25,862 bases of DNA. Source: a bacterium (GTDB lineage: Bacteria; UBP18; UBA7526). Each line of letters opens with the position of its first letter. Position 1 is the first letter of the stretch. The translations under genes and the position numbers were made by a program. The notes under the pieces are model-generated. The model was given only the letters and a program-made list of their open reading frames with translations, searched no databases and was not told the origin of the DNA. Below, piece after piece: positions 16,382 through 23,921 of this stretch. The stretch spans positions 1 through 25,862 of the forward strand of contig JAHIPW010000086.1 in assembly GCA_018903055.1 (NCBI GenBank), read 5' to 3'.

Positions 16382-17014
16382 TTAAAAGTTTCTTATTGCT
16401 TTCGTGATTTTTTCTATTATTCCCTTATAGTGGGCCATCCCTTCATAATCAGTATCAACCACCACTATCGGTATCTTTGATTCTTCTCCAAATCTTACTA
16501 ACTCATCTTTATCATCGTGCAGATAGGTCTCTTCCATCTCCTCACGTGGTACCAGATGGTTATCTACTCCCGCGGCCAGGGCCGCTTTATGCCTCCTGAC
16601 ATTCCTCTTCCAGCAGGTTTTAAAAGAACAGTCAATGTAGATAATCAAGGATTTGGCCAGGATTTCCTTAGCAAAATTTTTCAGGGAATGAACGTAGTTT
16701 GGGCGGGAAAACTCAACGAAGATGATCCTTCCCTTCTTATTCAGTTTCTTAACGTCTCTATTCACCTCTTTCAAGATATCATTCCAGACCTTGGGGTCGG
16801 TGACCTTATATCCTCCGTCCTCTGTTGGTTTACATCTCTTAAAATTCTTATCGTTGACAAAGATATTCCAGAGTTTTGGGAAGTCATCTACTCTTACAAA
16901 TTCCTGGGCAAGGCCCTCCTCTTTCAATCTTGGGGAAAGTCTTCTATACAGTTCGCTCTTCCCACATCCCGGCCGGCCCAGCATAAATATATTTCGACAT
17001 TCTCTCTTTTTCAT
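16382..17014 (-). CDS. P-loop kinase, nucleoside-monophosphate-kinase fold (AAA_33/KTI12/PNK-like)
   Basis: N-terminal Walker A GRPGCGKS and lid-like IYIDCSFKTCWKRNVRR. Substrate unknown. Confidence 0.75.
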   Translation of the reverse strand: MKKRECRNIFMLGRPGCGKSELYRRLSPRLKEEGLAQEFVRVDDFPKLWNIFVNDKNFKRCKPTEDGGYKVTDPKVWNDILKEVNRDVKKLNKKGRIIFVEFSRPNYVHSLKNFAKEILAKSLIIYIDCSFKTCWKRNVRRHKAALAAGVDNHLVPREEMEETYLHDDKDELVRFGEESKIPIVVVDTDYEGMAHYKGIIEKITKAIRNF

Positions 17015-17024
17015 TCTCGCTCAC

Positions 17025-17097
17025 TTCGTTCGCTCAGGCTTCATGCTTCATGCTTCAGGCTACAAGCTTGTGGCTTGAGGCTTGCAGCCTGTAGCCC
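17025..17097. repeat. AGC-centred heptamer array (GCTTCAT/GCTTGAG)
   Basis: 7-bp period; 17064-17084 is the exact reverse complement of 18173-18193. Confidence 0.85.
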
Positions 17098-17098
17098 T

Positions 17099-18076
17099 TC
17101 ATTTAAAAATACTATTTAGATAGTCCGTCTCATCTCGGAGAAGTTTATGAGCATTCAATAGTTCTTCAGGGTCTCTCACCGCAGTCTCAACAACGATTAA
17201 CTCCACTCCCTTCTCTTTTACAATCTGAGCAAACCTCTCTAAGTTCTTTCTCTTCAGGGGACCTTTCTGATAATGTAGGGGAGGGTGGAACTTCTTGATC
17301 TTCGGGATATAGTCATTGAGATGAATCTCTTTTAGGAGTTCCGCCGGAATCTTCTCCATAATACTCTCTGGAGGATCTGGTATCTCCTTTGGTGGGGTTC
17401 CATCTGCCCTGGTGAACCAGTGCCCAATATCGAAGCAGTAGTGAATCTCCAACCCCTTTTTCCTCACTTCTTCAATCACGGGATAGATCTCCTCTGGCTC
17501 CACGAAGACGATGTCAAAGGCAGTGTTATTCTCAATATGAAAAGAGATCCCCAACTTTTGGGAGGCCTTTGCCAATTCTACCAGACTCTTAATGAGGCTC
17601 TTCTTCAAATCCTCCTGATACTGGGGACCGGCCTGATAGAAGGGAACAGTACCCGGATGCATGATGGCATTGATTGCTCCCACTCCTTTAGCAAATTTCA
17701 GGTATCTCTTCTGCAAGGATACGGCAAGTTCTCTATCCGATTCCTGGAAAGCACAGGTGCTTGCCCCCACATAGGTATAGGGGAGATGTAAGGAGATGGT
17801 GATTCCGCACTCCTTTGCCGCTTGTCTTGCTCTTTCTATCTCTTCTTCACTCATCTCCAAGAAGGGATTGGGTACCCCACCATCGAGTTCAATGTGATCC
17901 AAGCCGATCTCTTTTGCCACCTCTATCTGTTTAGGGATATCCCTTTTAGACTTTATCTGAGATAAGGCATCCAAGTCCGGAACATCTATCTCACCTCTCT
18001 TAAATCTCTCTCTGTTCCCTTGGCTTACATAATTCAATTCCAATAGATTAGTAAAGTTCCTTCCAATCTTAACCAT
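17099..18076 (-). CDS. Xylose-isomerase-like / AP-endonuclease-2 TIM-barrel metalloprotein
   Basis: Pattern HIELD, SLHLPY, IMHPG, HIENN, CFDIGHW, EIHLND, HPPL and VVETA, matching the metal-ligand spacing of this fold. Confidence 0.8.
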   Translation of the reverse strand: MVKIGRNFTNLLELNYVSQGNRERFKRGEIDVPDLDALSQIKSKRDIPKQIEVAKEIGLDHIELDGGVPNPFLEMSEEEIERARQAAKECGITISLHLPYTYVGASTCAFQESDRELAVSLQKRYLKFAKGVGAINAIMHPGTVPFYQAGPQYQEDLKKSLIKSLVELAKASQKLGISFHIENNTAFDIVFVEPEEIYPVIEEVRKKGLEIHYCFDIGHWFTRADGTPPKEIPDPPESIMEKIPAELLKEIHLNDYIPKIKKFHPPLHYQKGPLKRKNLERFAQIVKEKGVELIVVETAVRDPEELLNAHKLLRDETDYLNSIFK

Positions 18077-18099
18077 TTTAGCTCCTTTCAGTCGCGTTT

Positions 18100-18164
18100 C
18101 CCCTAGGAATTGCGAAGCAATTCCAGGGACTCAAGTACCCGAAATTTCTACAAAATTTCAGGGT
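18100..18164 (+). repeat. ~64-bp double-hairpin element, copy 3
   Basis: GGAATTGC-gaa-GCAATTCC, then GAAATTT-ctaca-AAATTTC. Confidence 0.85.
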
Positions 18165-18225
18165 GCAAGTCCCAAGCCTCAAGCCACAAGCTTTTTGAAG
18201 CCTGAAGCCTGCAGCCTGCAGCTAT
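18165..18225. repeat. AGC-centred heptamer array (CAAGCCT/GAAGCCT/GCAGCCT)
   Basis: 7-bp period; same family as 17025-17097 and 20690-20800. Confidence 0.85.
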
Positions 18226-19082
18226 TTCAGGTATTTCCCAATAAGAAGTTCCAGTTCCTTCTTCCTCTTCTCTGGTATGGCCTCTTTCTGGGTGATGACA
18301 GCATTGGCTAAGGCAGTGGCACAGGGACACTTTCTCTTATCCGGTATTTTGGAAATAACCGCCTTCACCAGTTCCTTTGCTTTCAGGGTATTTGCCTCTA
18401 AGTTCTTTAACACGGTCTCAACGCTCACCTCTTCTGTTGTATGCCAGACATCGTAGTCCGTAACCAGGGCCACGGTGGCATAGCAGATCTCTGCCTCCCG
18501 GGCCAACTTCACCTCGGGGAGATTGGTCATCCCAATGACTTCCACTCCCCAACTGCGATATATCCTGGACTCTGCCCTGGTAGAGAAAGCGGGCCCCTCG
18601 ATACAGAGATAGGTTCCGCCATTATGTATCCTATATCCTAAGTCCTTGCCCGTTTCATATAGTATCTTGCTTAAGGTCGGACAGTAAGGATCGGCGAAAG
18701 AGATGTGGGCCACTAGCCCGTCGCCGAAGAAGGTAGAAACCCTGGTCTTCGTCCTATCGAATAGTTGATCGGGGATGAGGAAGTCTTGGGGCTTAATCTC
18801 CTCCTTCATGCTCCCTACCGCACTAAAAGCAATGATCCATTCTACCCCAAGAGATTTCAAGGCATAAATGTTGGCCTTATTATTCAATTCTGTGGGCATG
18901 ATCCTATGCCCCTTAGCATGGCGAGGGAGAAAGGCCACCCTCTTCCCTTCCAAAGTACCAGTGATTATATTATCCGAGGGCTCACCAAAGGGCGTGGAGG
19001 GTTTTACTTCCTTCATTTCCTCTAAGCCCTTGATATCATATAATCCCGTCCCCCCAATCACCCCAATCTTAATCTTTTCCAT
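18222..19082 (-). CDS. mtnP: S-methyl-5'-thioadenosine / purine nucleoside phosphorylase
   Basis: Motifs IGVIGGTG, TPFGEPSD, FLPRHAKGH, SAVGSM, IEGPAFSTRAES, GMTNLPEVKLARE and VTDYDVW. Start at ATG 19082 behind GGAGG. Confidence 0.93.
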   Translation of the reverse strand: MEKIKIGVIGGTGLYDIKGLEEMKEVKPSTPFGEPSDNIITGTLEGKRVAFLPRHAKGHRIMPTELNNKANIYALKSLGVEWIIAFSAVGSMKEEIKPQDFLIPDQLFDRTKTRVSTFFGDGLVAHISFADPYCPTLSKILYETGKDLGYRIHNGGTYLCIEGPAFSTRAESRIYRSWGVEVIGMTNLPEVKLAREAEICYATVALVTDYDVWHTTEEVSVETVLKNLEANTLKAKELVKAVISKIPDKRKCPCATALANAVITQKEAIPEKRKKELELLIGKYLK

Positions 19083-19099
19083 ATATTCCTCCAAATCCA

Positions 19100-19265
19100 A
19101 GTTTACCGTTCACCCGCTCCTCTCACCTTGTTCGTCGCTGTTTACCCCGCCCCTGCACGCAGGAGCGGGGTTTACCGTTAACCGTAAATCGTAAACCCTC
19201 TTCTTAATCGTATCACCGTTCACTTCTTTATAACCGTAAACGGTAAACCGTCAACCGTAAACCTT
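19100..19265. repeat. ACCGT-based heptamer array with a REP-like hairpin
   Basis: ACCGTTC/ACCGTAA units around ACCCCGCCCCTGC-ac-GCAGGAGCGGGGT (19144-19171). Confidence 0.8.
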
Positions 19266-20669
19266 CTATTTAAGATAATCCAAGCCCAACTCTATGGCAA
19301 TCTCCTTCTCCCTCTTCTTTAGTCCATTCTTATCTGCTCTTAAGGAGAGGTTTCTTAGCTGCTCATATAATCTGAAGAAGGCCAGTACCGCAGTGGAGGT
19401 AGGAACGGGTGCTGTCCGGGTCTTGCATTCCGCAGCCCGGCTATGACCACCTCCAGTAATGAGATCCGGAAAACCGTAGTTCCTAACCAGCCTATTGGCC
19501 AGGGTATGGCAGATCTTACCACAGTTTATCCTATCCGAGGTAGCGCGAAGGGAGAAGTGGGTTCCTCCACCAGACTCCTTATTGATCATAACTAAGAGGA
19601 GCTGCTTTTCACCAGAATTTTTGGTGAGGTCATAGAGCTTCGCCGAGCCCACCATGGGAAGTAAAGGGATCTCCTCACCGATGAAGAGATGGATGGCTAC
19701 CCACCCCATCTTCCCCAAAGAAGTGGTGGAATCTAAAAGGTGAGTAGCGTTCTCCCAATCTTTTAGATAGTATTTGTAGAGCTGCTGAATGACCCAGCGA
19801 TAAGGGATCTCATTAAGAAAGTGATCCAGCCTCTTTAGATTTGATATATTTGGATTCTTTCTTCCATATTTGAATAAAGAGGTAAAGACCAGATCTACCT
19901 GGTCCACCCCCTTCAAAGACTTCGCTCTATCGTTATAGAAGTACTGGAAGCCCCCGCCACAGGTCCCGTGGATGAGTTCTGTGATGCGAGAAAGAAGAGA
20001 GGTCTTCTCCCTCTGGGTAATATCGAACATGGTGGGCCGGGACTTCAGGGGGGTAAGTAAATTCTTGAGGTTTTTCTCATATGTCTCATAGAAGGATTGG
20101 GTGAACTCACTTACCTCTCCGGTTGCCGGATCGATAGCAAAGTCTCCTTTTAAGCCGATGAAGCATAGGAAGTCATCGTAATCTTCTCTTAATCCCAGGT
20201 TAGTGGCAATCATATGGATGAGAAGCGAGGTGGAGCATCTGATATACTCTCCTGCCTGAGGATTGCTATTCGGATTATAGAGAAGACACTTCTTGGGAGG
20301 CCCTTCGGGTAAATCAGGGAAATGGTGATCAATGACTATGATATCTTTAATAATCATAGTGTGTTCATCATAATAGCTTGTCGTTCCCTTATCCAGAATG
20401 AAGAGAAGGTCATATCCCTTTTTCTTTATTATAGAGGCTAACTGTTCCTTAGTTAATATATAGGAAAGAGGAAAGGAATAATCGACCTCGGCCCCTAATT
20501 TATTCAGGAGACGTTTCAAGATTAAGCAAGCGGTTATTCCATCCGGGTCGTCATGGCTTATCACTAGGCACTTCTGGTCCTTTACGGTCTTTATACGTTC
20601 GACAATCTTCTGTAATCCCTCAGAGGATTTTATTTCCTTCTCTATCCACTCAATATAGTCCTGGGCCAT
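19266..20669 (-). CDS. DHH/DHHA1-family phosphoesterase
   Basis: Motif I HDDPDG, motif II ILDKG, IDHH, GLKGD, and DHHA1 elements FSLR and GGGHSRAA. A long insert lies between the domains. Confidence 0.85.
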   Translation of the reverse strand: MAQDYIEWIEKEIKSSEGLQKIVERIKTVKDQKCLVISHDDPDGITACLILKRLLNKLGAEVDYSFPLSYILTKEQLASIIKKKGYDLLFILDKGTTSYYDEHTMIIKDIIVIDHHFPDLPEGPPKKCLLYNPNSNPQAGEYIRCSTSLLIHMIATNLGLREDYDDFLCFIGLKGDFAIDPATGEVSEFTQSFYETYEKNLKNLLTPLKSRPTMFDITQREKTSLLSRITELIHGTCGGGFQYFYNDRAKSLKGVDQVDLVFTSLFKYGRKNPNISNLKRLDHFLNEIPYRWVIQQLYKYYLKDWENATHLLDSTTSLGKMGWVAIHLFIGEEIPLLPMVGSAKLYDLTKNSGEKQLLLVMINKESGGGTHFSLRATSDRINCGKICHTLANRLVRNYGFPDLITGGGHSRAAECKTRTAPVPTSTAVLAFFRLYEQLRNLSLRADKNGLKKREKEIAIELGLDYLK

Positions 20670-20689
20670 TTTTAGCTCCTTTCAGTCGC

Positions 20690-20800
20690 GCCTCAAGCTA
20701 CATGCTGCAAGCTGCATGCTTCAAGCCGCAGGCCCCATGCTTCAGATTTTTGTGGCCTGTGACCTGTAGCCTGAGACCTGTAGCCTGTGACCTGCAGCTT
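20690..20800. repeat. AGC-centred heptamer array in the 5' UTR of the DHH gene
   Basis: CAAGCTA/CATGCTG units, then GACCTGT/AGCCTGT/AGCCTGA units. Confidence 0.85.
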
Positions 20801-20808
20801 GCTTTAGT

Positions 20809-20838
20809 ATCTTAACACACAAAAAATCTTAAAGTCAA
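20809..20838 (-). promoter_or_regulatory. Sigma70-type promoter for the DHH-mtnP cluster
   Basis: Minus strand TTGACT, 18 nt, TAAGAT, with an extended -10 (TGtTAAGAT) and an AT-rich upstream tract. The -10 lies about 140 nt upstream of the DHH start. Confidence 0.65.
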
Positions 20839-20884
20839 ATATTTTTTCAATTTTGAGGCCAATCAGGCCTCGCTACGCTCGGAC

Positions 20885-21020
20885 AGTTTGTTAGTTTGTT
20901 AGCACGCTCTCCGTCCTTTGTAAAAAGGTTGGATCGCTTTAGTTGTTAGTTAGAAAATTTTATTAACTACTTATAGGCAACAAAGTTGCCGTCCTAACTA
21001 CTAACCAACTACCCCACTAA
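20885..21020. repeat. Mirror array GTTAGTT/AACTAAC
   Basis: TTGTTAG runs on the left, an AT-rich core, then AACTAC/ACTAAC runs on the right. Confidence 0.7.
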
Positions 21021-21935
21021 TCACTTCTCATAGGGCTTGCCATCTGCTGCCGGAGGAACCGCCCGACCGATGGCGCTGGTTAAGACAATGATGGTCAAGA
21101 GATAGGGGATCATCTGGATGAACTGGGTAGGGATCTTTACTCCCGCGCTCTGTAATTGGATCTGTAAGGCCTCGGCAAAGCCGAATAATAAAGCAGCTCC
21201 CGTTGCTCCTAAAGGGGTCCATTTGCCGAAGATCATGGCCGCCAAGGCGATGAATCCCCTCCCTCCGCTCATGCCATCCGTGAACTGATGCTGATCCAGA
21301 GAGAGCCAGGCCCCTCCCAATCCTGCCAGGCCACCACTTATCAGGACCCCGGCATAACGCATGAGATTAACCTTTACTCCTAAGGTATCTGCTGCCTGGG
21401 GATGCTCACCACAGGAACGCAAGCGTAGTCCAAAGGAGGTTTTGAAGATTATAATATGAGAGGCGACTATGATAATCAGGGTTAAGAGGATCAAAGGAGT
21501 AGAGAAGATGGTATCGATTACTGGGACCTTATTGATTACGGGAATCTTCCAGAAAGGTAATCCCACCACCCTCTCTGAATTGGAAGAGGAATGGAAGACC
21601 ATTTTCAGAATAAACTTGGTAATCCCAATAGCAAATAGATTGATGGCCACTCCGCTTATTATCTGGTCCGCCTTATATCTTATACTTACTACCGCATGGA
21701 TGAGAGCGGTCAAGACTCCACCGATGACCGCAGCTACTACTCCCGCCCAGGCATTTCCAGTGTACCAGGTAGCCAAAACAGCGCAGAAGGCACCATTCAG
21801 GATCATTCCCTCCAGACCGATATTGATTACTCCTCCCCTCTCAGAGAAGGTGCCCCCAATAGCTGCCAGAATATAGGGGATGGAGATTTTTATCGTTAGG
21901 GTAACCATGACCAGGCTAAAGACGCTTTGCCACAT
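21021..21935 (-). CDS. Nucleoside/sugar ABC transporter permease
   Basis: SERGGVINIGLEG, LRLRSCGEHPQAADTLG and GRGFIALAAMIFGKW, with multiple TM segments. Start moved to ATG 21935 behind GGAG. Confidence 0.92.
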   Translation of the reverse strand: MWQSVFSLVMVTLTIKISIPYILAAIGGTFSERGGVINIGLEGMILNGAFCAVLATWYTGNAWAGVVAAVIGGVLTALIHAVVSIRYKADQIISGVAINLFAIGITKFILKMVFHSSSNSERVVGLPFWKIPVINKVPVIDTIFSTPLILLTLIIIVASHIIIFKTSFGLRLRSCGEHPQAADTLGVKVNLMRYAGVLISGGLAGLGGAWLSLDQHQFTDGMSGGRGFIALAAMIFGKWTPLGATGAALLFGFAEALQIQLQSAGVKIPTQFIQMIPYLLTIIVLTSAIGRAVPPAADGKPYEK

Positions 21936-21947
21936 ACTAAACTCCAA

Positions 21948-22120
21948 AAGTTACTAATGGTTACTAACTCTGCCTATCGGGGCAGGTAGGGGTTACTAAC
22001 AGTTACGAATAGTTACCAATGATTACTATAAAAGTAACCGCTAGTAACTTCTAGTAACAGTCCCGATTTTATCGGGACGTAGTAACCGATAGTAACCGTT
22101 ATGTCCCTTGTCACCCTTGT
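21948..22120. repeat. Mirror heptamer array GTTACTA/TAGTAAC, same family as 1250-1410
   Basis: GTTACTA run at ~21950-22029, TAGTAAC run at ~22033-22097, hairpin GTCCCGAT-ttt-ATCGGGAC. GTTACTAACAGTTAC is identical at 1306-1320 and 21992-22006. Confidence 0.9.
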
Positions 22121-23190
22121 CACCCTTGTTCCCCTCGTGCTAAAGTTCTCTTCTTCAATCTCATGAGATACTCTCGGAAGGGTCTGCTGGAAGCGATGAC
22201 GAAGATGATGACAATGGCCTGAAGGATATCAACCAGTTCCTTAGGAACATAGGCATTGATTACCAATCCTCCGAAACTTAATAGACCGAATAGTAGGGCA
22301 GCTAAGATTACTCCTATGGGATTATTCCTTCCTAAGAGGGCAACGGCGATGCCCATGAAACCCACCCCTCCAGAGAAGCCCTGCTCAAAATAATATTTAT
22401 AGCCCATAACGTAATTCACTCCCACCAGGCCCGCTAAAGCACCGGAGATAGCCATGGCCAGGATGGTGCTCCTTGCAATGTTTATCCCTCCATACTCTGC
22501 GGCAAAGGGATTGAGACCCACCGCCCTTAACTCATAACCCAGAGAGGTCTTCCACAGGATATAGTAGATAATAAAGCAGGCAAGAAGGGCTAAGAAGATA
22601 CTATAGTTTAAGGGAGAGCCGGAGAGCCCTGGAAAGATGGTGGAGAGACGGGGAATACGTGCGGAGAAGGCTATGGCCTGGGTATGAACTGTCTCTGGGG
22701 CATGAAAGTGCCGGGCGACGAGGTAGTTTGTTAGGGCCAGGGCAATGAAGTTCATCATGATGGTGGTGATTACCTCATGGGCCCCTCTCTTTGCTTTCAA
22801 TATTCCGGGAATTGCCGCCCATAGAGCGCCACCTATCATTCCTCCTAAGATACACAGGGGAATTAAAATAAAGCCGGGAAGATTGACCAGGGTGAAGCCA
22901 AGATAGGCGGTCAAAAAGGCGCCCATATATAACTGGCCCTGGGCTCCAATATTGAATAGTCCTGCCCGAAAAGCAAAGGCCACCGCCAGGCCAGTAAAGA
23001 TGAGCGGGGTGGCTTTGAATAATACCTGGGCAATACCGTAGGGATTACCTAATGTACCGGAGAACAGTTTTCCATAGATAAAGAGCGGGTTCTGGCCGAT
23101 AATCAGGATGAATATCCCCCCTACTAAGAAAGCAGCCACTACTGCCAGAACCGGACTCAATATCTCAAGCAACTTTTCTCTTTTATCCAT
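22120..23190 (-). CDS. Nucleoside/sugar ABC transporter permease
   Basis: GLFNIGAQGQ, HEVITTIMMN, GYELRAVGLNP-AAEYGGI and GFMGIAVALLGRNNP. Confidence 0.93.
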   Translation of the reverse strand: MDKREKLLEILSPVLAVVAAFLVGGIFILIIGQNPLFIYGKLFSGTLGNPYGIAQVLFKATPLIFTGLAVAFAFRAGLFNIGAQGQLYMGAFLTAYLGFTLVNLPGFILIPLCILGGMIGGALWAAIPGILKAKRGAHEVITTIMMNFIALALTNYLVARHFHAPETVHTQAIAFSARIPRLSTIFPGLSGSPLNYSIFLALLACFIIYYILWKTSLGYELRAVGLNPFAAEYGGINIARSTILAMAISGALAGLVGVNYVMGYKYYFEQGFSGGVGFMGIAVALLGRNNPIGVILAALLFGLLSFGGLVINAYVPKELVDILQAIVIIFVIASSRPFREYLMRLKKRTLARGEQG

Positions 23191-23218
23191 CCCTTACCCC
23201 TTCCCACTTTCTCATTTA

Positions 23219-23280
23219 CCCCGTTAGAAGTAATCCGCCTTGGGCGGATGCCTCGTCTACGGCGAGGACTTCTAATGGGG
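23219..23280. mobile_element. Short element with related CCCCGTTAGA termini and two internal hairpins
   Basis: CCCCGTTAGAAGT...ACTTCTAATGGGG (one mismatch); inside are ATCCGCC-ttg-GGCGGAT and CCTCGTC-tac-GGCGAGG. Confidence 0.55.
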
Positions 23281-23395
23281 ACTGCTCACTTTCCCACTTT
23301 TCGGAGCGGAGCGGAGACCCCGATTCCTTTCTCCTCGGAACGGAGTGGAGATCCCGACCCCCCTCTCCTCGCTTGTCGGGACCGCTCGTCGGGGC

Positions 23396-23833
23396 TCACC
23401 TGCGCTGCTGTGTTTTCTTTAAGTTCTCCACCATCTCATTCAGGGCCTCGGCCAAGGGCATGAGATCATCCCCTTTTCTCAAGATAATCTTCTCTTCAAA
23501 ATTACCCTCCCCCACTCTTTTAATGTAACTTTGAATCCTTCCCAATGGCCCAAATATCTTATTGGAGGTTATCAGGCTGGCAATGGTCACCAGTACTAGC
23601 CAGAGAGCCAGGATACATCCGGCAACGACATTCGCGTCTCGATAGGTAGCCCACATATCAGGACTTTCCCCAATAATGACCTTGTTAGCTATCGACCAGT
23701 AGAGAGCATACATCCCTCCCGTCAATAAAGCAGCCAATAGACTGCAGACAACAGCCACTAAGATGTACTTTGACTGGAGTCTTTTCTGGACAAAGAAGTA
23801 CCTCCTCTGTTCCCTTCTCAATCGAAATTTCAT
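23396..23833 (-). CDS. Small membrane protein with two TM segments and a HAMP domain, no output domain
   Basis: Basic N-terminus, two hydrophobic helices, then IFGPLGRIQSYIKRVGEGNF...RKGDDLMPLAEALNEM. Confidence 0.8.
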   Translation of the reverse strand: MKFRLRREQRRYFFVQKRLQSKYILVAVVCSLLAALLTGGMYALYWSIANKVIIGESPDMWATYRDANVVAGCILALWLVLVTIASLITSNKIFGPLGRIQSYIKRVGEGNFEEKIILRKGDDLMPLAEALNEMVENLKKTQQRR

Positions 23834-23854
23834 CTCACACCCCCTATTTTAGGT

Positions 23855-23921
23855 TATCTGGATATCAGGATATCGGGGTATCAGGAAATTCCCGATCACC
23901 TGATTGCCTGATCACCTGATC
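23855..23921. repeat. Mirror array TATCAGG/CCTGAT spanning the ABC ATPase stop codon
   Basis: TATCTGG, TATCAGG, TATCGGG, TATCAGG, then CCCGAT and three CCTGAT copies. Confidence 0.85.

Noticed and set aside
14446-20669. Anti-phage defence interpretation of the nuclease/kinase cluster
   Set aside because: No recognisable defence hallmark (nucleotidyltransferase, TIR/SIR2, HEPN, methylase, toxin-antitoxin pair); MTAP and the importer point to metabolism.
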